Assembly: GCA_963809895.1 (NCBI GenBank)
Contig: CAWELD010000010.1
Span: forward strand, 832,001-896,000
Reading direction: 5' to 3'
DNA length: 64,000 nt
From: an uncultured Gemmatimonadales bacterium
GTDB lineage: Bacteria; Gemmatimonadota; Gemmatimonadetes; Longimicrobiales; Gaopeijiaceae
Part shown: positions 39,319 through 49,275 of the stretch, piece by piece
How positions within the stretch are numbered: position 1 is the first letter of the stretch
How the letters are laid out: each line of letters opens with the position of its first letter
Notes under the pieces: generated by a model
What the model saw: only the letters and a program-made list of their open reading frames with translations
Told to the model about the DNA's origin: nothing
Databases searched by the model: none
Made by a program: the position numbers and the translations under genes

Positions 39319-42095
39319 TGTCCGACGAGCGAACGCGGCGCACCTACGCTCTGTTCGAGCGAGCGCTCGAGGTCGACCCGGCCGAGCGGGCGGCCTTCCT
39401 TTCGAGGTCGTGCCCGGATGATCCGGAGCTCCGTGCCCGTGTGGAGGCACTCCTGGCCGCCGACGAGGGGGCCGACGCGTACTTCGCGGACCTCGCGCGC
39501 CGAGCTGGCCTGCCGGGCGTCGACGCAGGCACGTCCGCCGCGGGTGAGCGCATCGGCCCGTATCGCATCGTCGACGAGATCGGCCGGGGCGGCATGGGGA
39601 TCGTCTATCTGGCAGAGCGCGCCGACGGCCAATTCGAGCAGTCCGTCGCCCTCAAGCTCATCCGCCGGGGGATGGACGGCGAGACGGCGCGTCGGCGCTT
39701 CCTGCGCGAGCGACAGATCCTGGCGCGGCTGCAACACCCCGGTATCGCCCGGATCTATGACGGCGGCGTGACCGACGACGGCCTGCCCTGGTTCGCCATG
39801 GAGTACATCGACGGGGTGCCCATCGACCGCTTCTGCGACGAGGGCCGGCTCGGGGTGGATTCCCGACTGGAGCTGTTCCGGGAGGTCTGCCGAGCCGTCC
39901 AGTACGCGCACGGGAACCTGGTGATCCACCGCGATCTCAAGCCCGGCAACATCCTCGTGTCGAGCGATGGCGGAGTGAAGCTCCTGGACTTCGGCATCGC
40001 CAGGCTGCTCGACGATTCTGCCCCCGCCGATATCACGCAGACCGTTGCGAGAATGTTGACGCCTGCCTGGTCGGCGCCGGAGCAGGTCCGGGGAGCTCCT
40101 GTCACGACGGCTACCGATGTCTATGCCCTGGGTCTGATTCTCTATGAGCTGCTCTCGGGGCGTCGCGCCCAGGGCATGACGGACGGATCGCCCGAATCCC
40201 TGCACCGCGAGATCGTCGAGCGAATGCCGGAGTCGCCGAGCGCGGCCGTCGCCGAGACGCTGGAAGGCCCGGGTCTCTCAGCGGCCACCATCGCCGATGC
40301 CCGTGACACCAGGCCGGGGCGTCTCCGGCGCCGACTCACGGGAGATCTCGATACCATCTGCCGCACGACCCTGCGCAAGGAGCCCGAGCGACGCTATGCC
40401 TCGGCGGAAGCTCTGGCCCAGGACATCACTCGCCACCTCGAAGGCCTGCCGATCCTCGCTCGCCCCGACTCGGCGGGCTACCGGCTGACGAAGTTCATGG
40501 GCCGCCATCGCGTGGCGGTGGGTGCGGCTGCCCTCGTCGTCGTGGTCCTGGCGACGGGCGTGGTGGCCGCCCTCTGGCAGGCGAAGGTGGCGGCGCGGGA
40601 GCGTGACGCTGCCGAGGCAGTCACCGCCTTCATGGTCGAGCTCTTCCAGACCGCCGATCCGTCGGTTTCGGGTGGGGAGGACGTGACCGCCCGCGAGCTG
40701 CTGGATCGGGGGGCGCAACGCATCGAACGGCGGCTGGCGGGCCAACCGGATGTGCAAGCGAAGCTGCTGAGCACCGTCGGCCAGGTCTATCTGCAACTCG
40801 GGCTGCACGACTCGGCTCGACCACTGCTCGAACATGCACTGCAACTCGAGCACGCACAGGGAGTTGCCGGCCCGGAGGTTTCCGCCACGGCGCTGCTCCT
40901 GGGAAAGGCCCTCGCGGATGCGGGCGATACGGAAGGCGCCCGCGCCCGGCTCGAAGAGGCTCTGGAGATCCGGCGTGGACTCTACGGCGAGACACATCCT
41001 GACGTGGCGGAGAGCATGTTCGAGCTGGCCTCGGTTCTCCACATGACAGCGGACCGGGCTCTCGGCGATACGCTTTTCGAGCAATGGATGGCTCTGCAGG
41101 ATCTGCTGCGCACGCCTGCAGGTACGGCGCAGGCCGACCGTCTGCTCCAGACGGGTCAGTACCTGCGCGGCAAGGAGCGAATGGCGGAAGCGGAGCAGTA
41201 CATGCGTGAGGCCCTCGCCATGAGCCGGTCTCTGCATGGCGACCGACACCCGTCGGTGGTCGCTTCGCTGCTGGCGCTCGGCGGATTGCTCACCAATACG
41301 GACCGGCTCGAGGAGGCCAGGCGCACGTACGAGGAGGCTGCGCGCCTGGACCGGACGCTCTATCCAGACGGGCACGGCGGACTGGTGACAAGTCTGCTGG
41401 GGCTGTCCGCCATTGCCCGGCGCCAGGAGCGACTCACGATTGCCGACTCCCTTCTCGATGAAGCGCTCGCCATGGCTCCGCGGGTGCTCGGCGCCGGCGA
41501 CGTCCAGGTGGCCGTTCTCTACTACAACCGCGGCCAGGTCCGCTACGCCCTCGATCGCTTCGAGGACGCACGCGCGGATTTCGCGCGTGCGACGGTGATC
41601 TGGACCGCGCAGCTCGGCCCGGATCACGTCTACGTGATGCATGCCAAGGCGGCGCAGGCCCACGCCCTCCGGGACGACGGCAGATTCGGTGAGGCCGAGG
41701 CGCTCTACCTCGCCGCGGAGGCCGGGTATCGCGCGGCCTACGGCGACAAGCACGCACTGGTCGGGTCGACCCTGCTGAACCTGGGGCGGCTGTACCGGAT
41801 GTCCGGCGACCCGGAGCGCGCCGCCGAAGTGCTGGAGGAGGCCACGGCTATCCTCATCGCAGCCCACGGCGACGATGCGGTCGAGGTTGCCGACGCCCGT
41901 CTGGCCCGGGGCCGGAGTCTGGCCGACCTCGGGCGGATGGAGGACGCGCGGATGGAACTCGAGGCGGCACACCCCGTCCTCCTTCGTGAGCGGGGCCCTG
42001 AGGATCCCACGACGCGGCAGGCCGCCGCCGCACTTGCGGAGATCTACGACGCCGCCGGCCGTCATGCGGAGGCCAACGCGCTACGCTCGGGTTGA
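39318..42095 (+). CDS. Ser/Thr protein kinase with TM and TPR repeats, coupled to the ECF
   Basis: IGRGGMGIVY, HRDLKPGN, DFGIA, LTPAWSAPEQ; kinesin-like TPRs (HPDVAE); TGATG overlap. Confidence 0.93.
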   Translation: MSDERTRRTYALFERALEVDPAERAAFLSRSCPDDPELRARVEALLAADEGADAYFADLARRAGLPGVDAGTSAAGERIGPYRIVDEIGRGGMGIVYLAERADGQFEQSVALKLIRRGMDGETARRRFLRERQILARLQHPGIARIYDGGVTDDGLPWFAMEYIDGVPIDRFCDEGRLGVDSRLELFREVCRAVQYAHGNLVIHRDLKPGNILVSSDGGVKLLDFGIARLLDDSAPADITQTVARMLTPAWSAPEQVRGAPVTTATDVYALGLILYELLSGRRAQGMTDGSPESLHREIVERMPESPSAAVAETLEGPGLSAATIADARDTRPGRLRRRLTGDLDTICRTTLRKEPERRYASAEALAQDITRHLEGLPILARPDSAGYRLTKFMGRHRVAVGAAALVVVVLATGVVAALWQAKVAARERDAAEAVTAFMVELFQTADPSVSGGEDVTARELLDRGAQRIERRLAGQPDVQAKLLSTVGQVYLQLGLHDSARPLLEHALQLEHAQGVAGPEVSATALLLGKALADAGDTEGARARLEEALEIRRGLYGETHPDVAESMFELASVLHMTADRALGDTLFEQWMALQDLLRTPAGTAQADRLLQTGQYLRGKERMAEAEQYMREALAMSRSLHGDRHPSVVASLLALGGLLTNTDRLEEARRTYEEAARLDRTLYPDGHGGLVTSLLGLSAIARRQERLTIADSLLDEALAMAPRVLGAGDVQVAVLYYNRGQVRYALDRFEDARADFARATVIWTAQLGPDHVYVMHAKAAQAHALRDDGRFGEAEALYLAAEAGYRAAYGDKHALVGSTLLNLGRLYRMSGDPERAAEVLEEATAILIAAHGDDAVEVADARLARGRSLADLGRMEDARMELEAAHPVLLRERGPEDPTTRQAAAALAEIYDAAGRHAEANALRSG

Positions 42096-42221
42096 CGCCG
42101 TCGTCCGGGGAGGCGGACGACGGGGAGATCCGGATCCGAAGCGTCGAGCCCCTGGGCGGAACCGGCCCGCGGCCGTATCGTGGCGTGTCCGTTCTTGTGC
42201 CTGGCAACGGGGAGGTCGTCG

Positions 42222-43721
42222 ATGTGGGGATTCGCGGAGGGTGTGGTGAGGGGTCGGCGTGTGGTGGGATGGGTGGCGGCGCTGGCTCTGGGGCTCGGTG
42301 GAGCGGCCCCGCACGCGGCGGCGCAGCAGGGTCCCGCCTTCCCGTCGCTTCCCGATGCTGCGGCCGTGGGCGACGGCGTGACCGAGCCCTGCCTCCGGGA
42401 GCTCCCGGGTGACGTGCTGTGCGGTCGTTTCCGGGTCTGGGAGAACCGCGGCACTCGCACTGGACGGACGATCGACCTGGGCTTCGTGGTGCTGAAGGCG
42501 CTGAGTGACCAGGGCAACCGTGACGCCTTCATCCAGTTCAACGGGGGACCGGGTGCGCCCGCCACGCCCAGCGCTCCCGGCATGGCTCGGTTCCGCGCGG
42601 ACATTCGGGCCGATCGGGACATCCTGCTCGTAGACGCCAGGGGGACGGGAGCCTCGGAGCCGCTGTTCTGCGACAATCCCTTTCCCGGCGGCGTCGCCTC
42701 ACGGTTCGAGACCGTCTTCCCCCTGGACCACATCGACGCGTGTCGCGCCATGCTCTCGGCGCGGGCGGACCTGTCGCAGTACACGACCCCGGCCGCCATG
42801 GACGACCTGGCCGATCTGGCCACGTGGCTTGGATACGCCCAGCTCGACCTGAGCGGGGGCTCGTACGGGACCCGCGAGGCCCAGATCTTCACGCGTCGCC
42901 ACCCCGCGATGGTGCGCACGGTGATCCTGAACGGCGTGGCCCCGGTGGACCAGCGGGTCTACCTGTACCATGCCCGGGACCTGCAGGAGGCGCTGGATCG
43001 CACACTCGACGACTGTCGCAGCCAGCCGGCCTGCGCCGCCGCCTATCCCGATCTCGACCAGGTCCTGGACGACGTCCTGACCACTGCCGCCGACAGCCCG
43101 CCCGAGGTGCTGGAAGAGGGGATCCGCGTGCCGTTCGGAATCGGACCGCTCTCCTACGCCCTGCGCGGGCTCCTGTACGGGCAGGCCGGGTCGGTTCCCG
43201 CCCGGCTCTACGAAGCCCACGCCGGCAACTGGCAGCCCCTGGCGGACTACTACCTGTCGCGCCAGGCGTGGGTGGGTGCGGCTGGCGGCGTTCCCGCGGG
43301 CTACCACCTTTCCGTGCTGTGCGCCGAGGATGTCGATCCCCTGAGCTGGGACGACATCCGGCAGGCCACCGCCGGCACCTTCATGGGGGATTTCCTCATC
43401 GCCGGCTACAAGCGTGCCTGCGATCGTTGGCCGTCAGCGAAGATGCCCCCCGAGTTCTTCCGCCCTGTGCAGTCGGACAAGCCAGCGCTGATTCTGTCCG
43501 GAGGGCGGGATCCGGTGACGCCGGTGGAGGGGGCCGACCATGTGGCCGAGGGATGGCCGAACCACGTGCAGGTGGTGGTCCCCAACGGCGGGCACGGCCA
43601 GGGCGGCCCCTGCATCAACGCCATGGTGGTTCGGCTGGTCCAGACCGGGTCCCTCGACGGCATCGACACCAGTTGCGTGCAGGACGCACCGCCGACCCGC
43701 TTCGAGCTGCCGGGGGGGTGA
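42222..43721 (+). CDS. Secreted alpha/beta hydrolase (TAP-like peptidase)
   Basis: NGGPG, DARGTGAS, GGSYG, DPVTP, GGHG; GGAGG RBS. Confidence 0.88.
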   Translation: MWGFAEGVVRGRRVVGWVAALALGLGGAAPHAAAQQGPAFPSLPDAAAVGDGVTEPCLRELPGDVLCGRFRVWENRGTRTGRTIDLGFVVLKALSDQGNRDAFIQFNGGPGAPATPSAPGMARFRADIRADRDILLVDARGTGASEPLFCDNPFPGGVASRFETVFPLDHIDACRAMLSARADLSQYTTPAAMDDLADLATWLGYAQLDLSGGSYGTREAQIFTRRHPAMVRTVILNGVAPVDQRVYLYHARDLQEALDRTLDDCRSQPACAAAYPDLDQVLDDVLTTAADSPPEVLEEGIRVPFGIGPLSYALRGLLYGQAGSVPARLYEAHAGNWQPLADYYLSRQAWVGAAGGVPAGYHLSVLCAEDVDPLSWDDIRQATAGTFMGDFLIAGYKRACDRWPSAKMPPEFFRPVQSDKPALILSGGRDPVTPVEGADHVAEGWPNHVQVVVPNGGHGQGGPCINAMVVRLVQTGSLDGIDTSCVQDAPPTRFELPGG

Positions 43722-43812
43722 GCCGCGCCGTCGGCCCCGGGGGCCCGCCTTGTGGCGCGGGCCTGACCGGAGCTGACGACGCGACTCGGTGGCGCCCCGC
43801 CGTGGGCGGACC

Positions 43813-45801
43813 CTACCGCCGCCGGCCCTCGCCCACGTGCTCGCCCGTGAGCCCGCAGTAGGCATCCACCAGCTCCAGGAACCCCTGGCGGTAGCCATCG
43901 GGATCCTCGCCGAGGCCGTCTTCGGCCAGAGCCAGGATCTGTGCGGCGCTGATGGCGCCGCGGTACTCGGAGCCCCGCAGCAACATGCCGAAGCCCGCCA
44001 CCGCCGCGGCGAAGTTGAAGTCATCGGAGACCTGGCCGCCGCGGTCGCGTATCGCGTGTTGGATCAGCTCGCTCTCCGTGCCCGCCGGCTGCTTGTAGCG
44101 GATCTTCACGAAGGCCAGTTCCTCGCCGCTGCTGGGATCGACCGTGCGGGTAGGGGAGTTGTAGCGGAGTGGATCCACCTGCCCGGGGTCGACGTCGGAC
44201 TCTGCACCCACCGGCACGATCTCGTAGAGCGCGGTGACCGTGTGACCCGCGCCCATCTCGCCGGCGTCCTTGCGGTCGTCGTTGAAGTCCTCGGCGGCGA
44301 GGAGCCGATTCTCGTAGCCGAGCAGGCGGTAGGACTGGACACGCGCCGGATTGAACTCGATCTGGACCTTCACGTCCTTGGCCACCGTGAGCAGGGTTCC
44401 GCCCATCTCGCGCACGAGCACCTTGCGGGCTTCCTGGAGCCCGTCGATGTACGCGTAGTTGCCGTTCCCGTGCTGGGCGATGCCCTGCATCTTCTCGGAC
44501 TGCAGGTTGCCGGTGCCGAAGCCCAGGACGGTGAGGAAGGTGCCCTCGGCTCGCCGCTCTTCCACCAGGCGGATCATGGCCCCGTCGCTGCTTTCGCCGA
44601 CGTTGAAATCGCCGTCGGTGGCCAGAATGACGCGGTTGTTGCCGTCACGACGGAAGTGCTTGCGCGCCACGCGGTAGGCAAGGCGAAGTCCCTCACCGCC
44701 GGCCGTGGAGCCGCCCGCCCTCAACCGCTCGATGGCGGCCAGGATGCGCTCCTTGTGGGCTCCGGAGGTGGGCTCCAGCACCAGTCCCGCGGCGCCGGCG
44801 TAGACGACGATGGCCACGTGGTCCTCAGGCCGCATCTGATCCACCAGGAGTCGCATGGAGGACTGCACGAGGGGCAGCTTGTCGGGCGACGCCATGGAGC
44901 CCGACACGTCCAGCAGGAACACCAGGTTCGCCGGCGGCATCTCCTCCGTGGCGATGGGCCGACTCGCCAGGCCGATGCGGAGCAGACGGTGCCGTGGTGC
45001 CCAGGGGGCCGCACCCACCTCGGTGGTGACGGCCACGGGGTCGTCGCCTCGGGGCCGCGCGTAATCGTACGAGAAGTAGTTGATCAGCTCTTCGATCTGC
45101 ACGGCGTCTACCGGCGGGAGCCGCTGCTCCCGCAACAGAAAGCGGCGCACGTTGCTGTACGACGCCCGGTCCACGTCGATGGAGAACGTCGAGAGCGGAT
45201 GGTCCAGCACCGACTGGAAGGCGTTCTCCTCGATGTGGGCGTATTGCTCGCGGTTCCAGCCGGGCCCCTGACGCCAGCGGAGCTCGTTCGAGCGCACCGC
45301 CGGCGCGTACGCGGACGCGGCATCGGCTCGCATCGGCGCCCCCGGGTCGGAGAATGTCGCCGCGATGGTGGGTGAGGCTTCGCCGCCGGAACGTGCGCCG
45401 TCGACCACGACCTCCTGCAAGGCGAACGCTGCGACCTGGAGCCGGAAGTCCGCCGTGATCGTGTCGCCCTGCGCGGCGGCCGGCGGCCGCACCAGCGCAT
45501 CCCGGGTCTGGTAGCCGATCAGCGTCACCGACAGGTGCGCGCCGCCCGGCGGGAACGACCCTCGGGGCACGTCCAGCGTGTAGCGGCCGTCTCGGTCCGT
45601 GAGCGTGCCGACGTTCAACTCGCGCACGGAGATCCGGGCGCTGGCCAGGGGTGACCCGGACAGGTCGTCCACCACGCGTCCGGTGATGTGCAGGTCGGCC
45701 CGAGGAGCCTGGTGCGTCGCGGCCACCAGGACCACCATGGCGACGGGCGCCAGGGCCAGGGCCAGCCGATGGGACGGGATGGTTCGGCGATGGGATGACA
45801 T
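43813..45801 (-). CDS. VWA-domain protein (YfbK-like) with N-terminal carboxypeptidase-regulatory-like domain
   Basis: STFSIDVDRASYSNVRR, LLDVSGSM (MIDAS), ILATDGDFNVG, GYENR..DFNDD..DAGE. Confidence 0.93.
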   Translation of the reverse strand: MSSHRRTIPSHRLALALAPVAMVVLVAATHQAPRADLHITGRVVDDLSGSPLASARISVRELNVGTLTDRDGRYTLDVPRGSFPPGGAHLSVTLIGYQTRDALVRPPAAAQGDTITADFRLQVAAFALQEVVVDGARSGGEASPTIAATFSDPGAPMRADAASAYAPAVRSNELRWRQGPGWNREQYAHIEENAFQSVLDHPLSTFSIDVDRASYSNVRRFLLREQRLPPVDAVQIEELINYFSYDYARPRGDDPVAVTTEVGAAPWAPRHRLLRIGLASRPIATEEMPPANLVFLLDVSGSMASPDKLPLVQSSMRLLVDQMRPEDHVAIVVYAGAAGLVLEPTSGAHKERILAAIERLRAGGSTAGGEGLRLAYRVARKHFRRDGNNRVILATDGDFNVGESSDGAMIRLVEERRAEGTFLTVLGFGTGNLQSEKMQGIAQHGNGNYAYIDGLQEARKVLVREMGGTLLTVAKDVKVQIEFNPARVQSYRLLGYENRLLAAEDFNDDRKDAGEMGAGHTVTALYEIVPVGAESDVDPGQVDPLRYNSPTRTVDPSSGEELAFVKIRYKQPAGTESELIQHAIRDRGGQVSDDFNFAAAVAGFGMLLRGSEYRGAISAAQILALAEDGLGEDPDGYRQGFLELVDAYCGLTGEHVGEGRRR

Positions 45802-45866
45802 GGGGCGCCTCGCTCGTTTCGGGTCCATGTGTCGCGCGGCCACCTGGGACCGCCGTTTCGAGAGAG

Positions 45867-45894
45867 CGACGCGCGAGTCCGGGGGATTTGCACA
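45867..45894 (-). promoter_or_regulatory. ECF-type promoter candidate for the VWA gene
   Basis: TGTGCAA-N16-CGTCG on the minus strand; same motif on + at 45953. Confidence 0.6.
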
Positions 45895-45952
45895 CGGGGT
45901 CGAAACTCCGGCGTCGAGAGCCCCGCGCACCTACCTTGGCGTCGGAGGGCGT

Positions 45953-45980
45953 TGTGCAACTCTTCGAGCTTGATTCGTCG
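45953..45980 (+). promoter_or_regulatory. ECF-type autoregulatory promoter candidate
   Basis: TGTGCAA-N16-CGTCG upstream of the ECF gene. Confidence 0.6.
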
Positions 45981-46045
45981 TACAGCCGTCAACGGACCCA
46001 CCCGGCCGGCAAAGGCAGGCGCCGGCCCCTCGATCCGGGAGGAGG

Positions 46046-46555
46046 ATGAAGACCAACTGGGAAGCCGTGTATCGCACGGTCTATCCGGAGGTGCTTCGCT
46101 TCCTTCGGTGGATGCTGTCCGACGACGACGAGGCCGAGGATCTCGCGCAGGAGGCGTTCGCGCGCGTGCTGACGGTGGACGCCGAGAATCCCCGGGGGCT
46201 CGTGTTCCGGACGGCGACCAACCTGGCGCGGGACGCGGCCCGGACCGTCGTGCGGCGCAGACGGCACCTGACGCTGTTGCGAGTGGAGGAGGACGTGCGA
46301 GCCGAGCGATCGTCGAATCCGGCGCGAGACCTCGAAGCCCGCGAACGCACCGAGCGCGTGCGGCGGGCGCTGGACGAGCTGTCGGAGCGGGACCGCGAGG
46401 TGCTCCTGCTGTGGAACGCCGGCCTCGACTACACGGAGATCGCGGAGCAGACCGGCCTCGCGCGGGGAGCCATCGGAACGACGGTGGCCCGAGCGAAGAA
46501 GAAACTCGTCGACGCGCATCACGCGTTGGAGGATACCGATGCAGCACTTGGATGA
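46046..46555 (+). CDS. ECF sigma factor
   Basis: AEDLAQEAF, FRTATNLARD, ALDELSERDREVLLL..GLDYTEIA. Confidence 0.93.
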   Translation: MKTNWEAVYRTVYPEVLRFLRWMLSDDDEAEDLAQEAFARVLTVDAENPRGLVFRTATNLARDAARTVVRRRRHLTLLRVEEDVRAERSSNPARDLEARERTERVRRALDELSERDREVLLLWNAGLDYTEIAEQTGLARGAIGTTVARAKKKLVDAHHALEDTDAALG

Positions 46556-47798
46556 AGGACTGCTCCAGGCCTGGTTGGACCGGGACCGCTCCGGGTTGAG
46601 CGCCGTCGAGCTCGCCGAGATCGGGCGTCATCTGGCGTCGTGTGAGACGTGCGCCCGGGAGCTCGAAGCGCTGCAGGACTCCTCTCGACAGGTGGAAGCG
46701 CTTCTCGCAGGCCCCGCGGGCGTCGAGGAGTCGATCCCCGCCTATACCGATATCCGGGCGCGGGCACAGGAAGGCGGGACCCGGGCCCGCCGTCGCCCGG
46801 CCTGGGTCACCGCGGGCTGGGCCGCCAGTATCGCCGTGGCCCTTGGCGCCGGATGGTTCGCCAACGAGATGTACCGCGCCGAGCGGCTGCCGCCCTCGGT
46901 CGCGGAGAGCGCCGGGGATGCCGGTGCGCGCGCGGCGGCCGCGTCAGCGCCCCCGACCGCTGCGGCCGGCGAGAGCGCACTGGACTCTGCCCCGGTACGG
47001 ATGGCTCGGGAGAGGGCCGAGCCCGCCGCATCCGCCCCCGAACGGTTCGCCGGGGCGCCACCCGCGCCGGCCCCTGCGGCCGACTCCGTGGTGACCAGGG
47101 CGACCACGTTCGACGACGCGCGACCGGTGACGGTGACGGGTAAGGTCACGGACGAGTCCGGCCGCCCGCTGGAAGCAGCGCAGGTGATCGTCCAGGGTCT
47201 GGACGTGGGTACCCTGACGCGCGCTGACGGCAGCTTCGAACTGTTGTTCGACCCACGCCCCGGGACGCTCCTGGACGACGTCAGCCTCACTGCCGGGCTG
47301 ATCGGCTACGGCACCGAGAGCCGTCCGCTCACGCTCCTGGGCCGGGACTCGGCTGCGGCGGAGTTCCGCTTGTCGAGCGCTGCGTTGGGGCTGAACGAAC
47401 TCGTGGTGGCCGGTGCACAGTCGCCCACCGCCGAAGCCGCCGCGGACGCACCCAGGGCCGCCACGCGGCAGGACGCCGCCTCGGTGGTCTGGAGGGCCGC
47501 GAGCCGCGCGGCCGCAGAGGCCGAGGCCGGGTTCAGGATCCTCACGATTCCGGAGCGTGAGGTCACCGGGGTGAGCGTGGCCACCGTCGGCGACGATGCC
47601 TTCGTGCGCGTCGTCCAGGGCCTGGAGGGGGGGAGCACCGTGGAACTGGTGGAAGGCCGTAGCCCCATCCCCCCGGCACTGGCCTCGGCCCCCGAGGGCC
47701 AGGCGCGCGTGACGCTCCGACAGGGTACTCTCTACCTGAGCGCCACCGCCCCCATGAGCAGGGAGGCGTTGGAGGAGCTGATCCAGAGCGTGAGGTGA
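46539..47798 (+). CDS. Zinc-finger anti-sigma factor with TM and carboxypeptidase-regulatory-like domain
   Basis: HLDEGLLQAWLD..HLASCETC (HxxxCxxC); WAASIAVALG; VTGKVTDESGRPL. Confidence 0.85.
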   Translation: MQHLDEGLLQAWLDRDRSGLSAVELAEIGRHLASCETCARELEALQDSSRQVEALLAGPAGVEESIPAYTDIRARAQEGGTRARRRPAWVTAGWAASIAVALGAGWFANEMYRAERLPPSVAESAGDAGARAAAASAPPTAAAGESALDSAPVRMARERAEPAASAPERFAGAPPAPAPAADSVVTRATTFDDARPVTVTGKVTDESGRPLEAAQVIVQGLDVGTLTRADGSFELLFDPRPGTLLDDVSLTAGLIGYGTESRPLTLLGRDSAAAEFRLSSAALGLNELVVAGAQSPTAEAAADAPRAATRQDAASVVWRAASRAAAEAEAGFRILTIPEREVTGVSVATVGDDAFVRVVQGLEGGSTVELVEGRSPIPPALASAPEGQARVTLRQGTLYLSATAPMSREALEELIQSVR

Positions 47799-47801
47799 GC
47801 G

Positions 47802-49031
47802 ATGCGAGCCCGAGTCCTTCTGCTGGTCATCCTTGTCGCGCTGCCCGCCGGACTGTCCGGCCAGCGCCCCGAGCCCACGACGAGTTTCACGGCCAGAGCA
47901 GCTCGCCTCTTCGACGGGCAGCGCATGACGGAGGGGCCCGTCGTGCTCGTGGTGCGGGACGGGAGGGTAGCGGAGGTACGCGACGCGGCACCCGACGAGG
48001 CGGTGGACTACGACCTGGGTGACGCCACGCTCATGCCGGGGATGATCGACGCCCACGATCACATCGGCTGGTACGTGAACGCCCAGGGCAGGCTCCACTC
48101 CGGCGGCGACGGGGAGACCCAGGCGGACGAGACGCTGGCCGGTGCCCGCAACGCCTGGGTGACGCTGCGCGCGGGATTCACCACGATCCAGAGTCCCGGC
48201 TACGGGTCGGATCGCCACCTCCGCCACTGGATCGCCGACATGGGGCTGCCGGGCCCGAAAATCCTCACCTCGCTGCAGCCGTTGAGCGACGATCGCCTCT
48301 CGCCCGACTCGCTCCGCGCTCTGGTGCGCGCGCGTCGACGCCAGGGGGCGGACCTCATCAAGGTCTTCGCCTCGGCAAGCATCCGCACCGGCGGCAAGCA
48401 GACCATGAGCGACGAGCAGTTGCGGGCCATCTGTGGAGAGGCGAACAGGCTGGGCCTGCGCACCCTGGTGCACGCGCACTCGGCGGCCAGCGTGCGTGCG
48501 GCGACGCTGGCGGGATGCACGCAGATCGAGCACGGGATCTTCGTGGAGCAGCCCGAGCTCACGCTCATGGCGCAGCACGGCACCTACTTCGATCCGCAGT
48601 GCTCCCTGGTCTTCCGGAACTACCTGGACAACCGGGCGGTGTTCGAGGGGATCGGGAGCTACAACGACGAGGGATTCGACTCCATGGAGCGCGCGATCCC
48701 CCTGGCCATCGAAGGCATCCGCAACGCCCTGGCGACCCCGAGCCTGAAGGTCGTATACGGCACCGATGCCCTGGCCGCGTCGCACGGGCACAACGCCGCG
48801 GACCTGGTCTGCCGGGTGCAGCAGGCGGGCGAGGACCCGGTGCACGCGCTGACCGCAGCGACCTCGTTGAACGCCGAGGCCATGGGCCTGAGCGACCAGA
48901 TCGGATCGTTGACGCCCGGATACCTCGCCGATGTCGTCGCCATCGACGGCGACCCCCGCGAGGACATCACGGCCGTGACGCGCGTGGTGTTCGTGGCCCG
49001 CGGGGGTGTGGTGTACGAGGCGGGCTCCTGA
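47802..49031 (+). CDS. Amidohydrolase-family protein (M38-like), secreted
   Basis: PGMIDAHDH, IKVF, VHAH, IEHG, YGTD, GYLADVVAIDGDP. Confidence 0.92.
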   Translation: MRARVLLLVILVALPAGLSGQRPEPTTSFTARAARLFDGQRMTEGPVVLVVRDGRVAEVRDAAPDEAVDYDLGDATLMPGMIDAHDHIGWYVNAQGRLHSGGDGETQADETLAGARNAWVTLRAGFTTIQSPGYGSDRHLRHWIADMGLPGPKILTSLQPLSDDRLSPDSLRALVRARRRQGADLIKVFASASIRTGGKQTMSDEQLRAICGEANRLGLRTLVHAHSAASVRAATLAGCTQIEHGIFVEQPELTLMAQHGTYFDPQCSLVFRNYLDNRAVFEGIGSYNDEGFDSMERAIPLAIEGIRNALATPSLKVVYGTDALAASHGHNAADLVCRVQQAGEDPVHALTAATSLNAEAMGLSDQIGSLTPGYLADVVAIDGDPREDITAVTRVVFVARGGVVYEAGS

Positions 49032-49181
49032 CGTCTGGGGGTGACGAGGGCACGCGCCTGCAAGACGCATCGCTTCCCGGCAGATCGCAATACGTCCGCC
49101 TGCGGCGGCCGATACGATACTCTGCGACGGCGGTGAGGTAAGGTGCTTTTGCGTAACCGTTTACGCATATCGAGCCGAGAG

Positions 49182-49197
49182 TGGACGGTGCCTTGCA
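49182..49197 (+). promoter_or_regulatory. sigma54 -24/-12 promoter of the pilus-like operon
   Basis: TGGACGGTGCCTTGCA = GG-N10-GC; palindrome TGCGTAA-N4-TTACGCA at 49150-49167 just upstream. Confidence 0.65.
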
Positions 49198-49275
49198 AGA
49201 GGGTCGCGACGCTTCGGCGCCGCTCCCAAGCGACGGCGTCACGACCAGCCCCCCCAGGCTCGAGGTAACAGCACG

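Noticed and set aside
42098..42123. Perfect hairpin CCGTCGTCCG-N6-CGGACGACGG after the kinase
   Set aside because: Probably an ordinary terminator or stabiliser; no other copy noticed.
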